Below are positions 38,511-51,889 of a DNA stretch of 64,000 nucleotides, piece by piece (within the stretch, counting starts at the first letter, position 1; every line of letters begins with the position of its first letter). The DNA is from Marsupella aquatica (taxonomy: Eukaryota > Plantae > Marchantiophyta), in the NCBI GenBank assembly GCA_973895155.1, contig OZ316896.1, positions 2,666,001 to 2,730,000 of the forward strand. The letters are read 5' to 3'. A program made the translations under genes and the position numbers. The notes beneath the pieces are model-generated. The model made no database searches, was not told the origin of the DNA, and saw only the letters and a program-made list of their open reading frames with translations.

Positions 38511-39348
38511 TAGTATATAAAGTTAGTTATGGACTACAAAATTCATAGTATATAACTTTTTGTCATAAAAGTTGGTCAAATGCCATTAGAGTCAGTCACT
38601 ATAGAGTCTAGTGAAAGAAAAAACAAACAAAAAAACTCTTCCAGAACCTTGTCGAAAGGTTATGATCATTGTTTTAGGCCTGAATGTCGTCATCCATGAT
38701 TTCGAAGCTTTGAGAGGCCCTAATAATCGTCGCCCAACATTGCGTCCGCAGTGGAGAAGCGAAAATGTAGGGGCCCCGATATTCGGCAGAGCGGTACCAC
38801 TGTCGGAGTGTAGGTGTTACCCGTAGTGCGCGAGGCGTCGGCAGGTCGATCCTCGGCGCTGCCGTGGGCCGCCGGGCACCATTTTCCTCGAGGAGCGCGA
38901 GGGGCGTATCCGGAAAGGTGTGCTTGAAGATTTCGTTGTCAACGCCACGCAGTTTCGCGAGTGGCAGTCCGAACTCCGAAGCTCGACGAAGGAGTCCGGA
39001 AGCAAGGGCGTGGCGAGCGAGCGAGCGAGCGATCCTTCGCTGCTGTTGGTGTTGTGCTGCTTGGACATTGGGTGAGTCCGTTCTTCCGTTTTTTCTTCGG
39101 TTCCTTCTTTCTTTGTTTCTTTCAATCTTTCGTCTAGGCCTCGATTGTTGTTTCGTTGTTTCATTGTTTCGATATGGTGGACGATTTTAGCGATCCGCGA
39201 TTCTAGAAGAGTTTTACGGTGATTGATTTCGTTTGGTCTGAGTGTGGACTCGGAATCGGGGTTTTACTTTTATCAGGGGACGTGCTTTTTGCGCGTTGTT
39301 GCTGTTGGAGCGCTGCGGTCTACTGCAGCTGCTGCTCTCTTCGTCCAG

Positions 39349-39646
39349 ATGGATGGGGCCGTCTCGCTGCTGTCGTTGCTCTCGATTTTGCTCGGCCTCT
39401 CTCTTTCCGTCTCAGCCGATGGTAAGTTTTCTTGGACGCTCCGTGTTTGACGTCTCTCGTGGACTTCTCAGATGTCAATTCCTTGTTTACCCGATGTCAA
39501 ACACTGCTGTTGCGTGTCTATGTGGAAGCCATGCATCTCGTCGATCGTCTCTGCTCGCCTCTCCTCTTGCTTGCTGCGCTATGGTGTTGCCTGTGATCTG
39601 GGAAGGTCTATCTCGCTTGCTGTCTCTTTCTGGTTGGCTCTCTTGC

Positions 39647-39677
<31 letters not shown>

Positions 39678-42600
39678 TATAGCGCGTTTTACCAGATCCG
39701 AGGGATAACATGGGGAGCTGTGGATCAATTTGTTCAAGCACACTGTTGTGCAAGGGTCTTATGAGTGCATATTTGAGATGTGGATTTAGGTTCTTGACCT
39801 TTAATTGCAGCTTCTGGCACTTTGTCTGTCATTCAGAGGGACATGTTCTCTTAAGTCTCCCTGTCTAACTCTCTCTCCGTCTGTCGCTGTCCACTCCATC
39901 TTGGGGTGTAATATGTAACCGAAATATGTCACGGGCGGCTCTGTAGGTTGAAGGCAGTGCTTCTTTGGCATTATATTTCGTTGATGCTGTCAGTACCGGA
40001 GGCAGTCCTCTTCATGTTCCCTGTATTCCATACCTACATACTATAGGAATCTGTCTTCGAGCGATAGGTTCCCTTACATCGGGCACTCTTGGGCAGAGTT
40101 GTTCCACCGATGATGTATTCATCTTCCTTTGCTTGTAGCACGTACTTCTTCTGATTGTTGGAACTGATTGTTTCTTGGCAAATTCGCATGTCCTGAGTAT
40201 GGAGAGACGGGTGAATTTATTTGGATACTTTGCTATGAAGCATTTTAACCTAGGATGCCTTTCCTCTCCCAGACTTGATAAATCTGTGCTGTTCTAGGTC
40301 CTTTTCTGCTTCTTCGGAGGTATTAGATCATCCTGTAATAAAGGCAGAAGATTTGAGCTCTACACATTCAAGTATTCACTAAATGCTTCCATGCATACTG
40401 GAAGCAAGTGTCCTCTCGTGGCTCACTAATTTAGACTGAAACCTTCTGTCTCTCTTTCTTTTCCTTTCCCTTCCTTCTTCAATGAATCTCGACTAGGGCT
40501 TGTGTATAGGGCAGACCGATGCTCTCGTTCCTAGTACCACCGATAGGTTGAACTCAAATTGCCTTTTAGTTCAATTGCACATGCCTTGGTTGATGACTTA
40601 CTCATTTGTATCCTCTGGCCCAAGCTAATGATCTTCATTGTTTGACTGCAGTTTGCTTCTGGTCTGGATCATGTACAAATAAGTGGGTAAGCGGCTGTGG
40701 AGCTGGCCGTGTAAAAGTGGATCAATCGGATGATTGCCACGGTCTTTGTCCCCAACCTCGCTACCCACCCTGTCCGTTATTTGCCACACATTATCTGTGC
40801 TGTAATGAAGGTACATACTTTTTTCCTTGGATTTGAAGCTCTCTACTCCTGAACGCTTTCAGTAGTTGGCCTTGGGATTTCTATGAACCCCTAATACTCC
40901 TTCTGTCTCAAGGCAATCATATATTTCTTTAGTGTCGTTACTGTAGGTTTAATCATTTAATGACATGGCAATCTTAAATTCAAAAAGCTTGTATCGGTGT
41001 CTGAGCAAGAAGATCTACCGAGCTAGTCTGTTTCTTCTGATTGCATGTTGTGGGACAGCGGTAAGGATGTTGTCAGCTAGTGCAATGTGTCGGGTGTAAG
41101 GCATTTGTGCACCGAGTGTTCTTTGACGGATTCGTTGGACAGCAGTCTCCGGTCGCACCAGATGTCTGTAGCTGAACTTAATCATGTTGCGAGTGTTTCT
41201 TTCCTAAGCTCCCTTTTATTTATTAGCCCCGAAGCCCTCAATTAGTCTATGGAATTGATGCACGGTTGAACTTAAATCAGAACGCGAAGTTAAGCTAAGC
41301 ATTTACAAATTTCACCTTTTAGTAAATTGTTTAAGCGTTGAGCTTCTTTTGTATTTCGTGAATGCGAGCATATCAGGTCTATGCACATTGTCATTAATGC
41401 CGGGTACGGTGAATTACAGCAACTCCCATTGCGACTGATGAATGTGCACGATACCCAACCAGAGTGGAAGTTGGAGACCACTGGATGTGCTGTAGTGATG
41501 GCTCTCAGGCAGAGGTGACCAAACATGACCTCAAAACGGGATTTTGTCGAAGTGGTGCACAGCTCATGATCCAGTCCAGAGAACGGGGTACCACCTTTAG
41601 CCTCATTCTGTGTTCAAAGTTACGTGTTCTCTTGAGAAATATTAACCTATGTTAGCTTCGAGGCTGAGCATATGTCCTATCTCGTGACTGTCGAAGGTTT
41701 GCAGTTCGTTTTATCAAATGTACCTGGTATTTTGATTTGATTGTAAGGGTAAAGATCCCCATCAGAGGTAAGGGGAAGATTGTACGAGATGGTAAATAAA
41801 GGATGCTAAGAAAAGTGTTATCGACAACGCATTCGATGCATTGTGCAGTGGTAGAGCAACTACCTACAGGGCCACCTGCCGGTCTTGAGTTTAAACCCAC
41901 TGTGTACTGGAGGGCTTTTATATCCCTGGAGGTGGTGCCCATAGTGGTACACCCCATGCTGTAGGTGTTGGGAGAGTTCACTTTGTGTTCCTACCCCTTG
42001 CAAAAGTACAAAATGCTTGCTCAAATCGAAGCATGAAAATGGAAGGTCAAATACTCAAAAGGGTGCTGCCACAAGAGTGATGATCTAGAAAACATCATTC
42101 GTTCTTGCTTTCTTCATGGTAATAGTACCAGCAAATGTGTCTGACATTCGTTGGAGAGACATTCCCCTGCCTGTATGAGAAAGCAGTGGCATAGCAATGG
42201 AGTACTACAGTGTGTTGCAAAGGCAATACAAGTAGTGTAGGCGCGAAGTCCTGTGTTACCCATGCTGTGGTCTGCATCTCAAGCTCTACCTTTTATTGAA
42301 CTTGGCAGAGGTTTTCAAATGGGTGCCTCGCGAATGGAGTGCATGCGCTGCGAGCTGTGGTGAAGGAGGGTTCAGAAGTCGGCCTATTCACTGTGTGGGG
42401 AGGTTGGAACACTTGCCGAAACTACTCTATTATGTGAATGAGACGAAGTGTGATTCCTCAAGAATGGTACGTAACCATATCGAATCAAGTCTCTGGACAT
42501 GACGTATGTTGCAATATCACGCTCTATTTGTATTCAGTGGAACATGTCATGCAACAATTAGTATTTGGCTGATTCTCAAAATGGTAGTGCTAGTTTGTTG

Positions 42601-43609
42601 TATTTTGGCTTTCCTTGGTATCCTTCGTAGCTTGACACATATTCGTTTTGCTATTTTCTGCAGCCACATCATAAAGAGCCTTGCAGGGCGAAGTCCTGCG
42701 GCTACGAACATGACATGCATTACAGAGAAAGACACTATCGCAAGAAACACAAACTTCCTGTTTGGGCGAAAGTGATAATATTTTTTTTGACTTCCATCGG
42801 AACAGCTGGTCTGAGCGTTGGTGGTTATATTCTGTACCAGCGGTGAGTCTCTCGTGTTGTCTCTGACGAAAACCTTGCAATAATTGCTTGATGCCCCTCC
42901 CCCTACGTCTTCTGTCGGAAGGTCATTTAATTTAGGTCTGTGGAAGATGCAAGAGAACCCTTTTTTCTCTGCGTTGGTTCAATGTATCCTGTGCGAGTCA
43001 ATGGATGGCTAACTCAAAAGTTGGGGAAAGCATTGTAAGACTCGATGGGGGAGTCTCGGAATGTTCAGTTTTTGTTTTGGGGCTAATCCAGGTAAGTTCC
43101 AGCTGGAGGTGTCCACTATAGTAATTACGTCAATTACTGGAGTGTTTCTGTTCCGGGTTCGCTCTTGTATTTCTGTTCCGGGTTCGCTCTTCGCTCTGTC
43201 ATACCTCCATTTAGGGGAATGGAGGTATGACAGATGCTGTCTGCACTCAGAAGTCTGGGGGAGTGACATCCACTCATTCTGTACAATTATTAATGTCCTT
43301 GGGCATTGAGGTCTGCCCTGGGCATTGAGGTCTGCCCTGGGCTTCAGTGAGGAATTTTCCAGAGTTGCTTAGTCCAACTTTCGGAAGCTGACTGTCACTT
43401 GTAGGTTGAGGAGATCCTCTTTTTTAAAACCTGAAAATTTAGATTCTTTGTTTTCCACTTTGCGATTAGTGTCTTAGTGTCTGGAATCTCCCAGTGCGAA
43501 ATCATCGACTAGCTAGCTTACTTGTTTTCTTATTGCATGCCGATGCAGGTGGAAAGAACGGAACTCCAATCATGGCTTTGTATACGTGATGCTGGATAAT
43601 TATTCTTGA
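39349..43609 (+). CDS. Type-I membrane protein, 265 aa: signal peptide, Cys-rich ectodomain, thrombospondin type-1 (TSP1) repeat, TM helix, short cytosolic tail; exons 39349-39421, 40652-40810, 41420-41587, 42309-42466, 42664-42842, 43549-43609
   Basis: Six GT-AG-bounded exons sum to 798 nt with matching phases (1,1,1,0,2). Signal peptide MDGAVSLLSLLSILLGLSLSVSA; TSP1-like FKWVPREWSACAASCGEGGFRSRPIHC..KC..EPCRAKSC; TM LPVWAKVIIFFLTSIGTAGLSVGGYILY; tail QRWKERNSNHGFVYVMLDNYS*. Confidence 0.85.
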
Positions 43610-46600
43610 AGACGTTTGTCCTGCAATGTTAGATATTATTAGTTGGAGGACAGGTTGAGTCACTATTTATTCCTAATGCTTAAACGGTATCTGTAATGAT
43701 ACCGCACGTCGCTACACTACCAACGTGTAGTTAAGAGTTGCCGTCGACATGTCTGCTCGCATATTAGAGGTGATGAGTCGTGATTAGTTGTATATGCTAG
43801 ATTACTGTCTATGCCCACCAGGTATTGCAACACCAGGTACTGGTTTGGTCCCGCTCCTACTTTTTCTGTTCAAGACCTGCCTGCTTGGAAAGATTTATTC
43901 GTTGGAGACTCATTTGAGGCTAGGGGTGTCGATCCTTTTATTTTCTAGGAGGTTCTGGAAATTGTTTCAATCAGGGGATTGGTGAGTTCGCAGGTTATAG
44001 GAAGTCCACATCACTTCTTTGGCTACATGTCAGGGATGCCTTGACATGCTAAGGATTGAGGGTGTGAAGATGGGGAGACGAAAGAGAAGGAAAAATGTTC
44101 AATAGGAAGTGTCAGAAGATGTACATTACGTCTGGGTCGGTTTGCCTGGAAGGACTGGGAAAAGAGGTCACTGAATTTGTCCACATTCGTATGAAATCGA
44201 CTCGAGTCTGTTTTATAATGTCCAGCCAGGAATGGCAGAGCTTGTCCAGGAGAGTTGGTCTGCGCATTCTTTGGAATACTCACCGTCTCTCGAGTATTAT
44301 GATTCAGCACAACTTTGGTAAATAGTTCCGACTGTCGTAGTAAAACAACTTGCATGTGATTTGGCCGAACTCACCGAGTGGGGGAGCGTTTCAGCCAAGA
44401 ACCGTTGTCTTGGTCATTAAGTTTCAGAATCTTTGGAGTGGAATGAGCAAGTTATAGAATGTCTATAACTTGCCGAGCAGAAAGGATAAAAAGGGAGTAC
44501 CTGTCAACCCCGCCGTTACTTGATAGGAGATCATGCCAGTTGTTGCTGAGGAGCCGGATATAAAGGCGCAGATGGTTGCCCACTATGGTACAATTGGGGA
44601 GCACTTGGTTCACAACGTAGGTCTCTATTACTAAATTGCACTGAGAGACGGGACATAGCTAATGCCCGTCAGATGCTGCAAGGTTCGTAGTTACGGGAGG
44701 AGTTCAAGGGAGGGCAAGAGAGGTTTGGCACGACTAGGATAGGAATTAGAGAATGTACATCATGAGCACAACGGTTCCGTGTTCATTGACGGGGAAGGTA
44801 CCACAGAGACAAGAAACCGTAGTTCATCCAGAGACAAGCTAGATGGATACAAGGGAGGTCTAATCAAGGGAAGGATCTAATCATATACTCATCTACTGAG
44901 AACGAAACGTCTGAAGTTATCAATTGGACTATACTTAACCTGTCATGTTTGACCGGAAGTGAGCGGAAGTACTGCATGACGTCACTGGGACAAAAAGTCA
45001 ATGGACCAAGATTGGCTACGAGCGACTCTATCGAGGTGAGAGATTCACCCACATGGCGTAATTCTCTATTGCGTAAGATATGCTGTTCTATCCGACTTCC
45101 CAGCAAAACCTAGCGAGTAGCGACTCTCTCGTCTGGTCCTGTGCAGTTCGCAATTCTTTCGGTGGTTTGTTCATTCACTTGAGGTAGATCTTTATCCTGT
45201 ACAACATCTGTTGCTTTGCTGCTGCTGTAGGAATTATGTGCGTGGGATCATGAGTCTGGCCCTCTGTAGATGGATTTCTCCAAACCAAGGGAATCTAGTT
45301 CATAGATTATATGTGTCAGATAAAGCCCGCCTTGGGCCTCCTTGGTGAGTTTTCCCTAAACTAAAAGCCCGAAGGCCTTGTAACCGAGTCTTTAATAAAG
45401 GGGAGTCTTTAGACGAGGACTCCAGGGAGAGAGGGAGTTTTATGAAGATCTTCCCCTTTTTCACCAAGTTTAGATCTTTGTGCGGAATTGGGATCAAGTG
45501 CTTAAATTTAACGTATCTATACACGTTGCAATCCTTGTCATCCTACTAAACCTCTTCCACTTTCCCAGCGAGGTTACAATTCTATCGTCGTCCTTGTCCT
45601 ACTAATGAAATTCTTCCACTTTCCTCACAATCGTATTGTCATCCTGAACCTCCCTCTGCCTGCAGTAGCCAGCATGTTTTTCTTTTGTCCAGTGTGAAAG
45701 CTAACCCTATGGACTAGATTTGATTCACCCACGCAGATTTTCCATAATGTGCTGATGCTGAAGCACTATCCTCACATCACATTTTCCGATTCAGTGTTGG
45801 TGCTATCTAATCTGTGATTGCTGACTATCAATGACGATCTTTGAAGTGGATTCTACGAAGTAGATGATAAGCAACAAGTCAAGTATGGCCGCCGAAGTGG
45901 CTTCTTTCTTTCAGCAAGGCCCCTAGCAAAGAACAAGCTAATCCATCTTCCATTACTGTCTGACAGCCAATTTTGTAACCATCGGGGCCTTATCATCTCA
46001 AAGATATCAAATGTCATTGCACACGCACCTCAACAAGTTCAAGGATTTCCTCAAACCTCCAGTCTACAGAAACCAAGAGTCCCGCACTTTGCGCGCAGAC
46101 GTAGCTTCAGCCTTATATATGCAATCCTTGTAACCTATTGCAGAATTCACAAGGCAGCAGAATTGGCAATCACCTCAGTGCAGCCACAAGCAAACACTTT
46201 GCTAAGCATGTTGAGTGAGACCTTGGGGATCGACAAAATTGGAGATGCACAGCATAGGGGATTTCCCAGTGTGGTAGAAACGATTTAACTTTTCTGATCG
46301 ACAACAATCTCTGCTTTTTAATTCCGAATGAGGGAAAACTATCCAGCTATTTCCGGTAAAGGAAGCTGAACGCAATCCTTTCAAGATTTTTCTGTTTGTA
46401 GTTTTCCTCACTCTAAAAAAATTGCCAAGAGTGTCTCTGCAAGGGCTTTTTGAGATTTGGCGATATATGTCTCCTAGAGTACTGGTGTCTTGATTAAACA
46501 AGTAAAATCTCAATTTGCATCAACTTAGTTTGTGTTCAAGTGAATAAATGAGAAAACTCACCTGAAATAGTAGGAGTTCAACACATGGCAGTGTATGAAA

Positions 46601-47139
46601 GTACTTTGTTACCAGGGCACCAGGGCATTATGGGCAATAATGGTCTTCAGCTGAAGCCCTATTGTTTGGAGCATTACAGCCCACAATGTCCTGGAAACAC
46701 GGGATCAGTACATACAAAGGACAAGTGTGCATATTCTTCTGCCAAAAGGGTAACTTTTTACTGATGCTCCTGAACCCCAAAAAGCAGGACTTTATGTTAA
46801 GACTCAGAACTCCCTCAAGTCTGCATGGTAGCATCTCCCAATTTCAACAGAGCGTGTAGTGCTATACCTTCTGCATCTCAACGCCAAGACTCTCAATGCC
46901 AAGACTCTCAAGGATGAGTAAAGTTGATGGTCTTTTGACTAAGAATGTAAAAAATCCTGTACCTACATAGTTTGCCTATATGGAAAATTTGTAGTGCTAG
47001 GAAACCATTTTCCCTTTTCACATCTTATCCCACTTTTCTATTTGTTAGTTTTTCTTATTTCTAGATTTTCGGGGTTTGTATTTGTCCTCTTGTTTTGAGT
47101 TTAGTACTTCTCCTCTTGTTTTGAGCCTTGTACTTTGTT

Positions 47140-47670
47140 TCCATTTTTCTATCCCCACTTTATTGAAAGGTCTTGAAAACATAATGCTTCCAATGGGACA
47201 CAAAGAATGCATGGTACTGCCCAGATAGGCATGATTGTGTGATAGCTCACTTGCATTGAGACTTATAGGTCTAGTGTTTAAATGTAGTGGGTGACTATTC
47301 CTTTTTCTCCTTTTTCTGTGGGGTTTCACAGATTTCTCCATTTTCAAAAAAATAAATAAATGCACGGTACTTTGTTTCAAATTTTTCTATCCCCATTTTG
47401 TTGGAAGCTCTTGAAAATATAATGCTTCCAATGGGACACAAAGAAGCTGGTCCCACATACTGATTGTACTTTGTTTGGAATTTTTCTCAATTTTTCGGAT
47501 CGCACTTTATTGAAATATAATTCTCCCAATGGGACGCAAAGAAGCTGGTCCCACAAACTAATTGGACTGTGTTTGACACTTTTCCCCTTTTCTCTTACCA
47601 CTTTGTTGGAATCTTGGAAATATGTTCCTTTCAATGTGACCCAAAAGAGCAGGTCCCACAAACACCAGTG
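47140..47670. repeat. Degenerate repeat array
   Basis: ccaatgggac(a/g)caaagaa(gctggtcccaca)-like units at about 47190, 47428, 47526 and 47631. Confidence 0.65.
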
Positions 47671-48289
47671 CTTCCCGTCCACATGATTGTAAATCAGTAG
47701 AGGTTCAGTCGAAAGCCATGGTTTGAAGCGCCACTGTCCCCAACGCAAAACCTGGTGTATCCAGGTTACTAAAATAAATCAAAAATGTATTCAAACAGTA
47801 AAAAAGTGTTATATGTTGTACTACCCTAACCTGGTGGATAGTGTTGATTTAATAGAGGGTCATTTTAATGTTTTTTCAAATGTCACCTTCTATACAGGAG
47901 AAGATGCTACAAATAATCTTAAGCTAATTATCCAAGATTGTTTCTGACCTAAGATCTCCCTACAATCAAGTTTGATGGTTAGTTTCTGGCTAGGTGGGAA
48001 AATGACTAATGGAAAACAGAAAAGTAGCTAATTTTAGCCCAAAAAAAGTAATGATCAATATGTTTTATAGAGGTGGATTGGAAGTTAGGAATTTTTAGCA
48101 CTAAAAAAAATGCTGGTTATGGGTTTCAAAGTTAGAGTATAGTTAACAATTAACTTTAAATGTCAATTTTTTGGCTGAAACTTTCAGTTGTGGTGAGGGC
48201 CCTAAAATACCTTCAAATATTTTTTCTGTGCATATGATTATCCAAAATATAGTATACAATACAAAAGAGAGTGCATTTGTAAGAGTTCA

Positions 48290-48450
48290 ACTTTTGGGAC
48301 CAAACCTCTTTGGTCAGGGGCCTGGTTTATAAAATTTCCCCTACATTTCACCTTTTGTGACCAAATCTCTCGTTTATAAAGTTTCTCATAAATTATACCT
48401 TTTGTGACCAAACCTCTTTGGTCACAGGCCTGGCTTAAAAAGTTTCCCGT
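48290..48450. repeat. Degenerate repeat of about 50 bp x3
   Basis: ccttttg(g/t)gaccaaacctctttggtca...aaagtttccc-like units. Confidence 0.65.
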
Positions 48451-51203
48451 AAATTCTGTAGGTGAATACTGAGGTATTTGCTTGATAGATCTCCAAAATG
48501 AAATTTGTTATTTGATCAACCCCTTGAGGTCTATCAACGGTCCAGATCTGAGATAGAAAGGTCCATCAACAGTCCAGATTGGGAAACACTATAGAGGGAA
48601 TTAATTAAGCAAACTTTTTAAAGAAAGAGGTCTACTAAGCATATCTCTCGTGAATACTCGAACCCCAATGTTGCAACACGCTAGGCTCGGTACCAGGCCT
48701 AACTGGTTCGGCACTTCGGTTCGGCTCAGACCGGATTGCGATTGTACATCGGACGAACGGCATTCACGTGGTGGTACGGTTATACGCTGAGGAGGAGAAT
48801 CTTCCATTCCTAGTCACCTTGTGCCCTAATTACCCTCTAGAGCCCAGACGAGCCATTGTCGGTGCCCTTCCCCACTGTTCCCAAACTCCGGCTGGACTGG
48901 ACGTGTGTGCAGACGTCATAGGGTTTCCTGAAGGACAGTACCTAACGTCCCTGTACACTGTAATCTTGTCTGGTAGTCAATGACTGTCAGCCAGTGAGGC
49001 ACTGACGGATACTGACGTAATCTACCAGTAGTCCAGTTGTCGCGCTGTGCCCATCTCGACGTATCGTAGTATCGTATCGGTATTGTATTATTTCCTGTGT
49101 ATGATGGTAGGAGTACCTGGTGTGAAACAGAATTGGAAAAGTAGATGTACTGTACTTCGGCATGCGTGCGTGCCTTCATGTATGGATGCGTCTCTGTGCC
49201 CTTCCTCAGCCTCCCCAGTCCCCCCACACCCTCTACTTGAAAAAATAAATTCCAATAAAACCGGGCCCTGTGCCCCTTACCCATGGATTCATTTAGTCAT
49301 CTACAACTATAATTAGGGATCCCACATTTTTTTGTCTTTCCTCTCAATAGGAAAAGGCTCCAGGTGGGAAAGATCCACACTTGTTGGATTCGTTTGGCTG
49401 TTTTTCCAGACTATCGATGGAGAAAATGGGCACCCATAGCGCATATGTGCTTCCCCACTCTACGCCATAAATGCCCTGGCCCGACTCCCTATGTACCAAC
49501 CCTCCTTGCGTCGGGCAAAGCACAGACATAGGGCTCTTAATTTCATTATAGGAAGATGTGACCAAGTGACTTAGGTCAGTTGGCCAGGGGATCAACTGGA
49601 ACCCAAAGGTCTCCCTTTCAATCCTCCCTTCACAATGGGGTGTGGAGAGTATGTGTGTGGTGGAGTTTTGATTATATACTTGGCTCTTGGTTGTACACTC
49701 TGTGGACTTCCTTTAATCTTCTCCCTACTGGTGCAGGTCTTTGTCAGATCAGTGGGGGTTTACCTAAAATGGGTTCCCTACATCGCATATATGTCACTAG
49801 TGGGGAAGGAGTTTACTAAGTGTTCTCTCTCATTTCCATTCAAGACAAAAAAAAGGAAGATTTATGGTTGGTATTAGACATGGTAGCATATGAAAAGATA
49901 TTTATTTGATGAACTTTCTCTAAAATGAAGAGTGTTCCTGATGGAACTCACTAGATTTTGGATAAATTCATTTAAGGCCTATTCACTATTTGGTTTACTC
50001 TTCAGGTCGATCATCAGGTAAAACTTTTGATTTTGGAAAACATGGAGTAAATGTCTCAAAAAATCTTCAATGCTTGTGTGTGATAGTACCTTATCCTCAT
50101 CATGAATGGTGAACTTAACATGAGAAAATAATCAGACTGGTATTTCTCCAATATATATCCCTCCTAGATTCCATTTTGGGCTTCTATGGGCATTTTGTAT
50201 TTTAAGCAAAATATTCAAATACCACTCCCTTCCGCATCTCACATAGACTTCCTTTCAGGCTGTTTTAGTTAGTGAAAAATGTAAGGGTTACAAATACATT
50301 ACAAATCTAGTGGAGTTTAGCATGTATTTCAGAGGCTTCAGTCACTTTACTCAGGTGCTTGTAATAGTTGCAAGACTTTTTCTTGGCTGTTTCAAAGATT
50401 TTTTAAAGTATATAAGAGTAATAATTTATCTGAATGGACTTGAACAAGTGGACCTGGCTCCACTCCATGAATGAGAAGTTGATTAAAATTAGGTTGGGTA
50501 AATTAGGTGAGAATTTATTATTTGAAGTTTCTCAAGGACTCTTGCAAAGACTCCAAAACATATTCTCAGTCATACAAAATAATTTTTAATTTTTAATTTT
50601 TTGCATAAGTCAGAATGGCACTAAAGTAGTAACTGTTGTTGGTATTTTTTATTATTGGTGAAAGAGTACCAAAACTAGTCCCTCCTCCAGCTTGATGCAA
50701 AGAAAAACCATGATGCTAAGCAAAATATATCTGCCAAAATCTGCCATACCTTTGAGGATCTGATGGCTATCCTTAGATGAAAAAAGATCTAGGTTTTCCA
50801 TAATGATATAGTATTTATAAGTTTATAGGCTTTTCTAGTATATATAAGTGAATATTACATTGGTCCCAATGTTTTCACTCCTAGACGTACCCTTGAGGCA
50901 TTGGCAAGTTTGACTTCCTCACAAAATACCTAAAAGAACTCACATGCAGTGTTTGACCCCACCTGTAGATGTTGTTCCTATTGGAAGGTGGGTTACTTTG
51001 TCCTCTGTGTACTTAGGAGGGGTACTAGATGACTTGATCTTCACATTCTGATATGGATTGCATATGGGTGACTAAAGATGTGGCAACATAGCACCCGACC
51101 TTCTGATTTGTGCACACTTAAAAGTGTATAGCATGTCGTAAATGTATAGGGCTACCTGGGAGTACAAGGGACCTAACCGCCAATTAGGGGGTTGAGTTGT
51201 CTT

Positions 51204-51786
51204 ACACTTGTATTTGTGTATGTTCTTGTCTATGTTATGAATATATATGTGAATAAGGCATGTCAACGATGTATGTTGTATGACAATGTGGATTTGCACA
51301 ATAGTTGTCATGACCAATGATTGTGTCATAGAATGTAGTGTGCTGGTGGATGCCATACCTTATGTAGGGCCAATGTGCTTAGGTAGGGATGTGGTAAACA
51401 ATGCATAGGATTGGAGGGGTGCTTGATTGAGGTTGACTCTTCCAGAACGGCCCGCCCTCAGGTTGGAGGGTATAATGTTGAGTGAGCTCAAAGAATAGTG
51501 AGTTCTTTGAGTTGGCCCTGTTGCGTTGGGTGTTAGTCTTGGGAGAGGACTGAGTGCGTATGTGCTCCTTGGCTATGGTGGTTCATGTTAGTTTTGACCT
51601 AGATTCTCCCATTATGGAATCGGTTTGGCTTGACTATTTGTGATTCTACATGTGTTTTATGACAATATCTTTCATGTATTTCAGTTGTGGTACACTTGTA
51701 TTTGTGTATGCTCTTGTCTATGTAATGTATGTATGTGAGGATGGTATGTCAACGATGTATGATGTATGACGATGTGGATTTGCACA
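51204..51786. repeat. Direct repeat pair of about 95 bp (51203-51300 and 51691-51786) immediately upstream of the rDNA remnant
   Basis: tacacttgtatttgtgtatg(t/c)tcttgtctatgt...tgtcaacgatgtatg...tgtggatttgcaca occurs twice. Confidence 0.8.
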
Positions 51787-51801
51787 AAAGACAAGCACAT
51801 T

Positions 51802-51842
51802 GTACCAAGGTTTTTGCAGATGAACCTGCGGAATGATCATTG
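51802..51842 (+). pseudogene. 18S rRNA 3'-terminal fragment (degenerate)
   Basis: gtaccaaggtttttgcagatgaacctgcggaatgatcattg vs the consensus GTAACAAGGTTTCCGTAGGTGAACCTGCGGAAGGATCATTG. Confidence 0.8.
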
Positions 51843-51889
51843 TACCAGCAAATTGTAGTTGTTCCCCAAGTTTTGGAAGTGCGGTCGCT

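Noticed and set aside
44447-44473. Perfect 12-bp-stem hairpin (a similar one lies at 31987-32019)
   Set aside because: Too short for a miRNA precursor and isolated; may arise by chance or local template switching.
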